Of a DNA stretch of 54,027 bases, positions 26,936 through 36,898 are shown piece after piece. The notes under the pieces were generated by a model. It did not search any database. It had not been told where the DNA came from and worked only from the letters and a program-made list of their open reading frames with translations. The DNA is from Clostridia bacterium. Its GTDB lineage: Bacteria > Bacillota > Clostridia > Christensenellales > UBA1242. Position numbers and translations under genes: made by a program. Where the stretch lies: contig JAZSAE010000053.1 in assembly GCA_045601705.1 (NCBI GenBank), positions 1 to 54,027 on the forward strand, read 5' to 3'. Within the stretch, counting starts at the first letter, position 1; every line of letters begins with the position of its first letter.

Positions 26936-27444
26936 AATAAACCTCCTAATTTTATATTTAAGATTGCATCATATTTTTGATTACAAAAATTTTGTGTGCT
27001 AACACCAAGTAAACTATGTACCGTTGTTCCGTTGATTTGTATTTTGTCTGGTTTAAAAACAAACATTTTTCCTTTGCCATTAACAGTCTGGCAATTAATG
27101 TAATGACCATTGCTGATACAAGAATCTAAATCATTCGTAATGATTTTATCTGCAGTAATATCCGGAAAGATTTCTAAAAAAACGGCTAAAGAAATTATTG
27201 AAACGGGAATTTGTGACGTAGGATCAACTAATGTGTTTCCAGAATCTAACAAAGCATTGATACGGATGCTTTTTCCGTTGTTTTCAATTCTAGTTAGATG
27301 CAAAAATTTTTGTCGCCGATGCCATTGCAGTATTTTTTGAATGATAATATAAAATAAAAGTACGACAACAACCAACAAATACTTATTATCAAAAGCATAC
27401 ATTGCCGAACCAAAAGCGAATGCAAAAGTTAATATAATTGCCAT
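26932..27444 (-). CDS. spoIIGA: Sigma-E processing aspartic peptidase SpoIIGA, short form
   Basis: 170 aa. Only two N-terminal hydrophobic segments precede the protease core LLDSGNTLVDPTSQIPVSI. Confidence 0.75.
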   Translation of the reverse strand: MAIILTFAFAFGSAMYAFDNKYLLVVVVLLFYIIIQKILQWHRRQKFLHLTRIENNGKSIRINALLDSGNTLVDPTSQIPVSIISLAVFLEIFPDITADKIITNDLDSCISNGHYINCQTVNGKGKMFVFKPDKIQINGTTVHSLLGVSTQNFCNQKYDAILNIKLGGLL

Positions 27445-27563
27445 GACAATATGATAAATATGTTTTTGATGACGGATTTATGCTAAACGAATCAAAAAAT
27501 GTAAGAAGATGACGAAGTAAAAAAGTTATGGAAAAAATTTTAAATTTATGGTAAATAAGATTA

Positions 27564-28532
27564 ATGAAATACGTTGTTGAACGTGATATTCAAACTATAA
27601 ATCAATTGAACCATGTGCTGGAAAATTTACCTCATTTTTGCCACGCATTTTTTTTAGGTATTGAACAGACAACATCACCACTAACTCGTCTTGGTTATGC
27701 CCGTGATTTGGAAATTTTCTTTAACTATTTAATTAGCGAAACAGAAGTTTTCAACCAATACGAAATAATGAAATTTGAAAAATCAGATTTAAACAAAATT
27801 ACAATTGATGATATAGAACTATATATTTCTTATTTATCACACTATCGCAAAAACGATACAGAATACCTTAATGGTGAACGTGGTAAAATGCGCAAAATGG
27901 CAACATTACGTTCTTTTTTTAAATATTTTTATCGTCGTGGAGATTTAAAAGAAAACATTATGACCAAGATTGATTTACCAAAATTACACGAAAAAAATAT
28001 TCTTCGCTTAACCGATGATGAAGTAACCAAAATGATTGCTGCTGCATCAAAAAATCCACGCGATGAAATGATTATAAGTCTATTTTTGCTTTCTGGTATA
28101 CGTGTTAGTGAATTAGTTGGTTTAGATTACCAAGATATCGATTTAAAAAACAAAACATTTCTAATTACTCGTAAAGGTGGAAAGCAAACAATTTTACACA
28201 TGGGGCAACAATTACACGATAGATTTGTTAATTATTTTGCTTTGTTTGAATGGGAACCAAATACTCCATTATTTACAAAATGTGGACACCGATTATCTGT
28301 ACGTGCAATTGAAAATATTGTAAAAAAGTATGCAACAATTGCTGCTCCATTAAAAAAGATTAGTCCACATAAATTACGTTCAACTTATGGTACTAATCTC
28401 TACAAAGCGACCAAAGATATTTATATTGTCGCAGATGTATTGGGACACAAAGACATCAACACAACGAAAAAGCACTATGCGGCAATCAGTGAAGATATTC
28501 GCATTAAAGCCGCAGATATGGTTAAATTATAA
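27564..28532 (+). CDS. Tyrosine recombinase, XerC/XerD family
   Basis: 322 aa with catalytic pattern SGIRVSEL (Arg), HKLRST (His-x-x-Arg) and LGHKDINTTKKHY (His...Tyr). Confidence 0.8.
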   Translation: MKYVVERDIQTINQLNHVLENLPHFCHAFFLGIEQTTSPLTRLGYARDLEIFFNYLISETEVFNQYEIMKFEKSDLNKITIDDIELYISYLSHYRKNDTEYLNGERGKMRKMATLRSFFKYFYRRGDLKENIMTKIDLPKLHEKNILRLTDDEVTKMIAAASKNPRDEMIISLFLLSGIRVSELVGLDYQDIDLKNKTFLITRKGGKQTILHMGQQLHDRFVNYFALFEWEPNTPLFTKCGHRLSVRAIENIVKKYATIAAPLKKISPHKLRSTYGTNLYKATKDIYIVADVLGHKDINTTKKHYAAISEDIRIKAADMVKL

Positions 28533-29099
28533 TTATTTAATTGTTTCGTCAAGATATGTACTACTAATATCTGCCATAAACATCAACAAACTCAAAGGAA
28601 ATTTTTTAAATGCATCGGACAATACATAACTACCATTTGCATTGCGTGCATCATAAGGTCCCATATGCCAATTGATTGCCATTGCTTCTTCACGTGTAAT
28701 TTTCATAAAACTTGAAACAATATAAACTGACTTTTCTCCGTGTCCATAAGGCAATGGGTCATCAACAGTAAAATATGGTTCTTTTACCCATTCTCCATCA
28801 CGTTTAACATTACGATAATCAACTTTATAAGTATTTGCTTTACAAACATCATGCAGTAGAGAAACAACAGCGATGGTTTCATCACTAATGTTTAATTTTT
28901 CATCAGCAACAATCTTTTTTAAACGATGAAAAACTTTAACAGAATGGTCAACCAAACCACCTTCAAAATTATTATGGAATCTCGTCGATGCTGGGCATGT
29001 AAAAAAATCAGTACTTTCTAACCAATTTAATAATTTGTCAGAACCTTCCCTTTTGATATTTTGTTGATAAAGTTTAATAAATTCTTCTTTCGCTGTCAT
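28533..29099 (-). CDS. HD-domain phosphohydrolase
   Basis: 188 aa with motifs STRFHNNFEGGLVDHS and SLLHDVCK. Confidence 0.7.
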   Translation of the reverse strand: MTAKEEFIKLYQQNIKREGSDKLLNWLESTDFFTCPASTRFHNNFEGGLVDHSVKVFHRLKKIVADEKLNISDETIAVVSLLHDVCKANTYKVDYRNVKRDGEWVKEPYFTVDDPLPYGHGEKSVYIVSSFMKITREEAMAINWHMGPYDARNANGSYVLSDAFKKFPLSLLMFMADISSTYLDETIK

Positions 29100-29108
29100 A
29101 GTTATATT

Positions 29109-30161
29109 TTACTGCAAAAACATACAATCGCCAAATGAATAGAAACGAAAATTATTTTGTTTTGCCATTTCATAAAGTTCTAAAACTTTTTCACGCCCAA
29201 TAAAAGAAGCAACCAACATCAATAATGTTGATTTTGGCAAATGGAAATTAGTAATTAAACCCGAGATAACATTAAAATGATACGGTGGATAAATAAAAAT
29301 GTTAGTAACATCTGTTACGGCTTTAATTGCACCATATTTAGCAAAACAACCTTCCAATGTGCGTAAACTAGTTGTCCCTGTTGCAATAATTCTACGGCCT
29401 TCTTTTAGCGCATCATTGACAATTTGAGCTGTAGTTTTTGGGATTTCATAACGTTCTTCGTGCATTTTATGCTGAGTAATATCATTAACTTTAACCGGAC
29501 GGAACGTACCAAGTCCAACATCCAAAACAACAGGTGCAAAAATAACGCCTTTAGTACGTGCTTGATTGATTAACTCGTCTGTCCAATGTAAACCAGCAGT
29601 TGGTGCAGCCGCACTACCATCAACTTTAGCATACACTGTATTATAATTTTCTTTTGTAGCATTACCATTTTGAATATAATGAGGTAATGGGATTTCACCA
29701 ACCTCATCAATTACAGCTTCTAAATTTTGTGAACCATCGGCACAGGTTAATTTCATTTCAGCCGTTCCTGTAACAATATCTTTACTGATTAAAGTTGCAT
29801 TTATTTTGTCAGCAACATTTACATTATCACCAATTTTCAAACGACGTAAAGGTTTAACAAGAACTTCGTAATTGGTTAATGAAAGTTTCTTTAGTAGTAA
29901 AATTTCAATTTGAGCACCAGTTGTCTTCTTGCCTAATAATCTAGCTGGGATTACACGTGTTTCATTGATAACTACAACATCACCACTTTTTAAATAAGAT
30001 AAAATATCTTTAAATTGTGTTATTTTAGTTTGAGAATTATTGCGATTATAAATCAACATTTGACAAGCATCACGTGGTTCCATTGGCGCAGATGCAATCA
30101 TTTCTTCAGGTAATTCATAATCATAATCAGATAATAAAGTCACATAAATTATATACAACAA
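29109..30161 (-). CDS. queA: S-adenosylmethionine:tRNA ribosyltransferase-isomerase
   Basis: Motifs DYDYELPEEMIA, VINETRVIPARL, APTAGLHWT and TTSLRTLE. The true start is probably GTG at 30143 (VTLLSDYDYELPEE). Confidence 0.9.
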   Translation of the reverse strand: MLYIIYVTLLSDYDYELPEEMIASAPMEPRDACQMLIYNRNNSQTKITQFKDILSYLKSGDVVVINETRVIPARLLGKKTTGAQIEILLLKKLSLTNYEVLVKPLRRLKIGDNVNVADKINATLISKDIVTGTAEMKLTCADGSQNLEAVIDEVGEIPLPHYIQNGNATKENYNTVYAKVDGSAAAPTAGLHWTDELINQARTKGVIFAPVVLDVGLGTFRPVKVNDITQHKMHEERYEIPKTTAQIVNDALKEGRRIIATGTTSLRTLEGCFAKYGAIKAVTDVTNIFIYPPYHFNVISGLITNFHLPKSTLLMLVASFIGREKVLELYEMAKQNNFRFYSFGDCMFLQ

Positions 30162-31035
30162 AACTTAAACAATATGCAAGCAACAAATTCGTCAAAAAAA
30201 CTTTCCACCCTGTTTTTCGACCACAATGATGTTTAATTGCTGTTTGTGCAGCTAAACACTTTGGATAGAGAGTAAAAAAAGTAACCAAAGATAAGACAAT
30301 TGGAACTGTTAAGATATTAACTATGCCAGGAAAAAATAATAAAACTGACACAGCAGCCTCTTTTGCTATAATACCAAATAACAAGGCACAGATAATAATA
30401 GGCTGATTTAAACCAATTGGTGAAAACAACGGAGCAAAGAATCCACAAATTGCAAATAAGATTGAATCTTCAGGATTCGAAACAAACTTAAAACTAAATG
30501 AAAAACGTGCTAAAAACACAATTACAAAAGCACTAACAATAAAAGCAATAAAGATTTTTTTTGCAAAAAAAATTGTTTGTTTACAAGTATCAATTAAACA
30601 TTGCCACAAGTTAGGCCATAAAATTTTATTTGATGAATAATTATTTTTTTGTTTTTTTTCTTTTGACAGAAATAACAAAGATACAAAAGCAAGTAAAATA
30701 CAGATTAAATACAAAATTAAAATAGACCAAAAAGGAAAATGAAGAACGCTAAATAATAAAAAAGTAAGTAACGGTAATTGCGCTGTACAAGGAATTAAAG
30801 ATAAAAAATAAACTAGGCATTTTCGATGTGGATTATCGTGTGCTGCACACACAGCCATTGTTGTGCAATTAAATGTTAAACAAATTGGTAAAACATTTTG
30901 GACAGGCAAATGAAAAATTTGCGCAAGTTTTCCTAAGATACCACTCTTTTCTAAAATAGATAAAATAAAATACAAAAGAAATACTTGTGGAATAAACTCC
31001 ACAAGTACACTTAAAATCTCAAATAAAGACGGCAC
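30127..31035 (-). CDS. FeoB-like membrane (gate) domain protein without a G-domain
   Basis: 302-aa polytopic protein. ILSILEKSGILGKLAQIF, TFNCTTMAVCAA, LIPCTAQLPLLTFLL and FGIIAKEAAVSVL parallel the FeoB permease core. GTG start. Confidence 0.6.
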   Translation of the reverse strand: MPSLFEILSVLVEFIPQVFLLYFILSILEKSGILGKLAQIFHLPVQNVLPICLTFNCTTMAVCAAHDNPHRKCLVYFLSLIPCTAQLPLLTFLLFSVLHFPFWSILILYLICILLAFVSLLFLSKEKKQKNNYSSNKILWPNLWQCLIDTCKQTIFFAKKIFIAFIVSAFVIVFLARFSFSFKFVSNPEDSILFAICGFFAPLFSPIGLNQPIIICALLFGIIAKEAAVSVLLFFPGIVNILTVPIVLSLVTFFTLYPKCLAAQTAIKHHCGRKTGWKVFLTNLLLAYCLSFVVYNLCDFII

Positions 31036-31046
31036 ATCTATGTATA

Positions 31047-31970
31047 TTATTTAGTTGTGTTAACTTTACGTTGTTTTGTAAGAAGACGTGCTGATTCAAA
31101 TTGCATATACAAAGGTGCAATTAAGAATAATGATGAATATGTACCAGCTAATAAACCAAACACAATTGGTAAAGCAAATTCAATCAATGATGATAATTGC
31201 ATAACCAAACTAATAACGGTTAAGACAACCAAAGTACCTAACGTTGTTGCCATTGTTAACATACTACGACTTAATGTGCTGTTAATTGATTTATTAACTA
31301 AATAATCTAACTTATGGTTTTCAGTGTTATTTTTTTCCATAGTTCGAACACGGTCAAATACCACCAAACTATTGTTAATTGAATATGCAATAACGGTTAA
31401 AACAGCCGCAATAAATGATGCATTGATTTCAATTTGAAAGATTGCCATTAAAGCGCCAATCATTAACACATCGTGCATCAATGCCAAAATTGTCGCCATA
31501 CCAGCAGTAAATTTAAAGCGAATTAACATATAAACAATTAAAGCACCTAATGCTGCCAAAATTGACCAAAAGACTGTCATTACGGTTTCTTTAATTGTAG
31601 TGTCTGTTGATGTTGTATATTCAATAAAATCATCTTCAAAATATGTTTCCAATTCAGTAATAACATTTGTTTTATCGTCAGAATTGAATTTGATTGAATA
31701 AATGTTGCCACCACTGGTATTTTGTTCTTTTGTAATTGTGTATTTTACTTTGTAATCATCCATTTTATCTTGGATTTCTGCTTTACTGTATACACCATCA
31801 GCATTGATTTTAACAATTGTACCACCAGTAAAATCCAAACCTAAATTTAAACCAAAAATTGATAACATCAAAATTCCAACAATTAAAATGACTGCTGGTG
31901 CGATATAAAACCAACGACCGTTACCCACAAAATCAAAATTTTTATTCTTTAAATTAGTAATTAGTTTCAT
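31047..31970 (-). CDS. secF: Protein translocase subunit SecF
   Basis: 307 aa with GLDFTGGT, six TM segments and SINNSLVVFDRVRT. Confidence 0.9.
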   Translation of the reverse strand: MKLITNLKNKNFDFVGNGRWFYIAPAVILIVGILMLSIFGLNLGLDFTGGTIVKINADGVYSKAEIQDKMDDYKVKYTITKEQNTSGGNIYSIKFNSDDKTNVITELETYFEDDFIEYTTSTDTTIKETVMTVFWSILAALGALIVYMLIRFKFTAGMATILALMHDVLMIGALMAIFQIEINASFIAAVLTVIAYSINNSLVVFDRVRTMEKNNTENHKLDYLVNKSINSTLSRSMLTMATTLGTLVVLTVISLVMQLSSLIEFALPIVFGLLAGTYSSLFLIAPLYMQFESARLLTKQRKVNTTK

Positions 31971-33385
31971 TTAGCACCATCCATATTTAATTTACGTTTT
32001 TGTGGAACAGTATTTTTTGTTTCTTCGACTTGCTCAACATTAACTTCTTTAATATTAACACGTTTAACATTATCAGGATTGATGTACAAATATAACTTTG
32101 CCAAACTACGAGTAATAACCAAACCGACAAACATTGAAATTGCAACACCAAGTGCCAAAGTAATAGCAAAACCACGAATTGAACCTGAACTCAAAATATA
32201 AAGAATTACACTAACAATAATGGTTGTAACGTTAGCATCCAAAATAGTTACGATTGATTTGTTAAAACCTGAATGAACAGCTGCACCGAAACGTTTACCA
32301 GAACGATATTCCTCTTTGATTTGCTCAAAGATTAATACGTAAGCATCAACAGCCATACCAATTGATAAGATAATACCAGCAATACCTGGTAATGTTAATT
32401 GAATTGAATCAATAATAGCCAAGAAGAAGATAAAAATAATTGTGTAGATAATCAATGATAAGTTAGCAATCCAACCAAAATCACGGTAAACAATAACCAT
32501 TAAAACAAAAATTAAAAACAAACCAATAGCCAAAGCAATCAAACCAGCGAAAATAGCACCTTCACCTAAAGTTGCAGGAATATAACTCATTTCACCAATA
32601 CTTAGGCCAACTGTATATAAACCCGATTCAATTTGCAACGCAAAAGCTTCGGCACTTTCTTTTGTATAAGAACCAGTTATTAAAACTTTACCATCCGAAC
32701 CTAATGTATTAGCATTTTCAGATGAAATTTGTGGCGCACTAATTAATTCTTCATTCGAGAATATAGCCATAAATTGACCACCTGCATCTTTAACTTTTTC
32801 ACGAAACTTAATTTTACCTTGGTCAGTAAATGTTAATTGTAATGCATAATTTGAGACATCTTGTGGATCAGAAATAACTTCTACACCTTTAATATCTTCA
32901 CCAACTAAAAAGACCTTATTTTTATCATATGATGGCTGTTGTTCAGAACCTGGTTCCAAGAACTCAATATTTGCTGGCGTACCAATTGCATCCATAATTT
33001 CTTGAGTATCTTTCATACCAGGTACTTCAATACGAATTTTATAACCTGATGCAGTACCTTGACGTGTTACTACAGTTTCTAAATATCCTTGCTCTGACAA
33101 AGTATTCTTAACACGATGTATTGTTGCATCAACTTCTGCTTCCAAGTCTGAACTATTTTTTGACGCTTCAACATTAAAAACTGCCGAAACACCACCATTT
33201 AAATCAATACCCATTTTGTCTTTAATTGCTTGATAACAACCAACATATTTAGTATTGGTAAATGGAATAGTAAACTCAGCAAAACATAATACTGCAGCAA
33301 GTACTACGATAACGCAAATTATGCAATATTTTACGATTGCTCCTGTTTTGTTCATATAGGATTGATTATACCACAAATTTTGCAT
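31967..33385 (-). CDS. secD: Protein translocase subunit SecD
   Basis: 472 aa with GIDLNGGVS, a periplasmic domain and C-terminal TM bundle LPGIAGIILSIGMAVDAYVLIFE. Alternative start at Met 33355. Confidence 0.9.
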   Translation of the reverse strand: MQNLWYNQSYMNKTGAIVKYCIICVIVVLAAVLCFAEFTIPFTNTKYVGCYQAIKDKMGIDLNGGVSAVFNVEASKNSSDLEAEVDATIHRVKNTLSEQGYLETVVTRQGTASGYKIRIEVPGMKDTQEIMDAIGTPANIEFLEPGSEQQPSYDKNKVFLVGEDIKGVEVISDPQDVSNYALQLTFTDQGKIKFREKVKDAGGQFMAIFSNEELISAPQISSENANTLGSDGKVLITGSYTKESAEAFALQIESGLYTVGLSIGEMSYIPATLGEGAIFAGLIALAIGLFLIFVLMVIVYRDFGWIANLSLIIYTIIFIFFLAIIDSIQLTLPGIAGIILSIGMAVDAYVLIFEQIKEEYRSGKRFGAAVHSGFNKSIVTILDANVTTIIVSVILYILSSGSIRGFAITLALGVAISMFVGLVITRSLAKLYLYINPDNVKRVNIKEVNVEQVEETKNTVPQKRKLNMDGAK

Positions 33386-33447
33386 GTCTACAAATTATTT
33401 TATTTCCAATAATTACCATTTTTTGCGCTTGCAACATATACCGAAAT

Positions 33448-34293
33448 ATGGAACCAATTTTTACTGGAATTGCAACAGCATTAGTAACCCCATTTAATCA
33501 CGACCAAACAATCGACTTTCCAACATTAGGAATATTAATCGAACGCCAAATTGAAATGCAAGTTGATGCGTTAGTGATACTTGGAACAACTGGGGAAATT
33601 TCCACACTCTCAAACGCAGAACGCCTTGCTATTATTGATTATACAGTCAAAAAAGTTCAAAACCGTATTCCAATTATTTTTGGAATTGGTGGTAACGACC
33701 CAACAAGAATTATTAAATTAGGTAGATATGTCTCAAATGTAGCCAAACAAACAAAACAAAAAATTAGCATTATGGTAACTGCCCCATACTATAATAAAAG
33801 TTCACAAGATGGGATTTACCAATATTTTAAAACAATAACCGAAGCAATTAAATTACCAACCATTATATACAACATTCCATCACGTACAGGAGTCAATATT
33901 TATCCAGAAACAATAACACGCATCGTAACATTACCTTATGTAGCAGGCATTAAGGAAGCAAGTGGTAATTTACATCAAATTGCACAAATAGTTAAATATT
34001 GCCCAAATACTACCGTTTATTGTGGTGATGACACCTTATCTTTACCGTCTTATGCCATTGGTTGTCGTGGAATTATTTCAGTAGCATCAAATATTGATGT
34101 TGAACCATTAAAAAAAATTTGGCATTCTTATGTTGTTGGTAAAGTTGATATAGCACTACAAAATTTTCAAAAAGAACTTCCCTTTTATGAATCACTATTT
34201 CGTGTCGTTAATCCAATTCCAATAAAGTACGAATTAGCACAACGTGGTTTAATAAAAAACGTATTACGCTTGCCACTCATCCCAATTAAATGA
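33448..34293 (+). CDS. dapA: 4-hydroxy-tetrahydrodipicolinate synthase
   Basis: Motifs TALVTPF, LGTTGE, YNIPSRTG and GIKEASGN (Schiff-base Lys). Start placed at ATG 33448 (MEPIFTG). Confidence 0.9.
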   Translation: MEPIFTGIATALVTPFNHDQTIDFPTLGILIERQIEMQVDALVILGTTGEISTLSNAERLAIIDYTVKKVQNRIPIIFGIGGNDPTRIIKLGRYVSNVAKQTKQKISIMVTAPYYNKSSQDGIYQYFKTITEAIKLPTIIYNIPSRTGVNIYPETITRIVTLPYVAGIKEASGNLHQIAQIVKYCPNTTVYCGDDTLSLPSYAIGCRGIISVASNIDVEPLKKIWHSYVVGKVDIALQNFQKELPFYESLFRVVNPIPIKYELAQRGLIKNVLRLPLIPIK

Positions 34294-34306
34294 TATAATT
34301 CATTTT

Positions 34307-35035
34307 ATGGGTTTAGTATCATTTTCACGTGGTTATGCATCCACCGGATACACAAACATTTCCAATATTTTTATGGAAGAACATTTACCACACGCAAATG
34401 GAGATTGTGTGCGTGTTTACTTGTATGGTTTATATTTATGCCAAAACGCAACCAGTGCTGATAATACAATCGAATCAATGAGTACCAAATTAGGAATTAG
34501 TGTTGACAATATAAGAGATGCATTTGAATATTGGGAAAAACAAAACTTAGTGCAAATTCTAGATACTGTTCCTTTTGAAATCAAATACCTGCCAATCAAA
34601 CGAAACTCAGCAAAAGTACGTGAATTACCGAAAGGACAATACGACGAGTTTAATACAAAAGCACAAGCCATTCTAGATGGACGTATGATTACAACTACCG
34701 AATATCATGAGTACTACGCTTTTATGGAAAGTATGCACTTTGAACCAGATGCACTTTTGCTAGTTATTCAAAACTGTGTCCAAATTAAAGGGTTTACTGT
34801 GGGTTATGCATACATTCTTACGGTTGCTAAAAACCTTGCCTACGAAGGATTGACTACTTATACAGCAGTCGCTGAAAAATTCAAAGCAGCACAAAAAGAT
34901 CAAAATGCTTTAACTAATTTAATCAAAGAAATACGAAAAAAGAAACCTACAAATAAAGAATTTATAAAACACAGTTATTCAGAAAAGGAATTAAAGGAGG
35001 TTGAAACTGATGTCAGCAAATTTTTATCGTTATGA
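34307..35035 (+). CDS. DnaD-domain replication initiation/helicase-loading protein (DnaB/DnaD-like)
   Basis: 242 aa with a DnaD-type wHTH start (NGDCVRVYLYGLY). It sits immediately upstream of, and overlaps, the dnaI-like gene. Confidence 0.6.
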   Translation: MGLVSFSRGYASTGYTNISNIFMEEHLPHANGDCVRVYLYGLYLCQNATSADNTIESMSTKLGISVDNIRDAFEYWEKQNLVQILDTVPFEIKYLPIKRNSAKVRELPKGQYDEFNTKAQAILDGRMITTTEYHEYYAFMESMHFEPDALLLVIQNCVQIKGFTVGYAYILTVAKNLAYEGLTTYTAVAEKFKAAQKDQNALTNLIKEIRKKKPTNKEFIKHSYSEKELKEVETDVSKFLSL

Positions 35036-35729
35036 TTTAATTGTAACTGCAAGAAAAAGTAAGAAATTTCGTGAACTTGATGACCAAGTCCGTACAATGG
35101 CTTATGAATTAGGCAAAAATAATCCAAATATTGACAAACAAAAATATCTTCAACTTAAAGAAAAACGTGATCAAGAACTTTTAAGTTACATTAAAAGCCT
35201 TGATACTGAAGACCAGCCAAAAGAAAAATTTGACCTTACAGTTTGTAAAAAAATAGATTCAAAAATTTTAGAATCACTTAATCAGTATATCAACACTTTT
35301 CCAAATAAAATTAAAAGTTTAGTTTTGACTGGTCCAACTGGAACTGGTAAAACTTATTGTGCAAAATTGATTGAAAACATTTTGTCTCAAAATGGTTTTA
35401 AAGTTCATTTTACAAATACTTTCAATTTAATTAAACGAATGAAAGATCATTTGTTTGGACAAGATACTACTGCACCAAATGATTTTTTTGAAAGCGATTT
35501 ATTAATTATCGATGACTTAGGTGCTGAACCAACAATAAAAAACAGTGACGAATTACTCTACACTGTTATTAACGAAAGATATAGTAATAATAAATCATTA
35601 GTTATCACAACAAACTTAGCAAAAGACCAAATTTCCAACCGTTATGAAGATCGAATTTTTGGTCGCATTTTTGATAAATCAAAATGTGTTGCGATTATTT
35701 TTGAAGGGAAAGACCTCCGCATAAAGTAA
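35010..35729 (+). CDS. dnaI: Helicase loader DnaI/DnaC-type AAA+ ATPase
   Basis: Walker A GPTGTGKT, Walker B LLIIDDLGAE and sensor TTNL. SD AAAGGAGG lies 9 nt upstream of ATG 35010. Confidence 0.8.
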   Translation: MSANFYRYDLIVTARKSKKFRELDDQVRTMAYELGKNNPNIDKQKYLQLKEKRDQELLSYIKSLDTEDQPKEKFDLTVCKKIDSKILESLNQYINTFPNKIKSLVLTGPTGTGKTYCAKLIENILSQNGFKVHFTNTFNLIKRMKDHLFGQDTTAPNDFFESDLLIIDDLGAEPTIKNSDELLYTVINERYSNNKSLVITTNLAKDQISNRYEDRIFGRIFDKSKCVAIIFEGKDLRIK

Positions 35730-36195
35730 AAGCATGAGTAAGTGCAATTGCCAAAGCATCAGCAGCATCGTCAGGCTTAATTTTTTGTTCTTGATTTAAA
35801 ATTTTACCAACTGCAGCTTGCATTTCTTTTTTCTTGGCTTTGCAACCACCCGTGATCGCAATTTTAATTTGGTTAGGTTTATAATTGAAAACCTCACCTT
35901 GATAATACGTTGCACGCATCAAAGCAATCCCACGTGCTGCAGCAACTTTTAAACCAGTAGTAACATTAGCAGCAAAAAACAACTCTTCAATAGCAATGTC
36001 GTCGGGTTTATATTCTTCAAAAAGACTGGCTAAACGATCGTTAATTTGACATAAACGTTGACCAAAGTCTTGTTCTTTGTCTGTTTCAATCGCACCATAA
36101 TCAATCAAACTAATTTCTTCACCCGATAATTTAATTACGCCCCAGCCCATAATTCCAAAGCCAGGGTCAATTCCCATAATAACTTTATTCGGCAT
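35695..36195 (-). CDS. ruvC: Crossover junction endodeoxyribonuclease RuvC
   Basis: Motifs GIDPGFG, IEELFF and DAADALAIALTH. The start is ATG 36195 or 36177; the longer track ORF overlaps yebC. Confidence 0.88.
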   Translation of the reverse strand: MPNKVIMGIDPGFGIMGWGVIKLSGEEISLIDYGAIETDKEQDFGQRLCQINDRLASLFEEYKPDDIAIEELFFAANVTTGLKVAAARGIALMRATYYQGEVFNYKPNQIKIAITGGCKAKKKEMQAAVGKILNQEQKIKPDDAADALAIALTHAFTLCGGLSLQK

Positions 36196-36898
36196 TATGA
36201 TAAACCGCTTGCACGTCTTCGTTGTTTTCCAAAGTATCAATTAACTTTTCGAAACTCGCAACTTTGTCATCAGGAATTGCAACTGTCGACATTGGCACCA
36301 TTGCAATTTCTGCACTTTCAGTTTGAATTTTATTTTGTTCTAAAACAGTTAAAACACCGTTGAAGTTTTCTGGCTTAACAGTAATTGTTACAATATCATC
36401 TTCCGTAGACATATCTTCAATTGGACTATCAATTAAAATTTCCAATAAATTATCTTCAGTTTGGTTTGCAACACTAATCAAACCTAAACGATTGAACAAA
36501 AATGAAACAGAACCAGAAACCCCTAATGCGCCACCAGATTTATCAAAATAAGAACGTACATCACCAGCAGTACGATTTTTGTTATTGGTTAAGGCTTCAA
36601 CAATCACAGCAACACCAGCTGGACCATAACCTTCATAAACCATAGCATCATAGTTAGCATCATTACCATCGCCAAGCCCTTTCGCAATAGCACGTTTAAT
36701 ATTGTCATTTGGCATATTGTTACTTTTTGCTTTAGCAATAACTTCTTTTAATTTGCTATTTAATTCAGGATCACCACTGCCTCCCATTTTAACAGCAACA
36801 ATAATTTCTTTACCTAATTTGGTATAAACGTTACTACGTGCTGCGTCGGCAAGACCTTTTTTACGATGTATTTTACTCCATTTATTATGTCCACTCAT
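36185..36898 (-). CDS. yebC: YebC/PmpR family DNA-binding regulator
   Basis: MSGHNKWSKIHRKK start and YEGYGPAGVA motif. Start placed at Met 36898. Confidence 0.9.
   Translation of the reverse strand: MSGHNKWSKIHRKKGLADAARSNVYTKLGKEIIVAVKMGGSGDPELNSKLKEVIAKAKSNNMPNDNIKRAIAKGLGDGNDANYDAMVYEGYGPAGVAVIVEALTNNKNRTAGDVRSYFDKSGGALGVSGSVSFLFNRLGLISVANQTEDNLLEILIDSPIEDMSTEDDIVTITVKPENFNGVLTVLEQNKIQTESAEIAMVPMSTVAIPDDKVASFEKLIDTLENNEDVQAVYHNAE

Noticed and set aside
27564-29099. Tyrosine recombinase plus a phage-style HD hydrolase, considered as a prophage or integrative-element remnant.
   Set aside because: There are no other phage or mobile genes and no flanking direct repeats that I could find. 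No tRNA sits at the junction. The flanks are core genes (spoIIGA, queA). A chromosomal Xer-type recombinase is the simpler reading, though a two-gene remnant cannot be excluded.
34307-35729. DnaD-domain protein plus IstB/DnaC-like ATPase, considered as a phage or IS21-type module.
   Set aside because: No transposase or phage genes are adjacent. The pair matches the essential dnaB-dnaI helicase-loader operon arrangement of Bacillota and sits among core genes.
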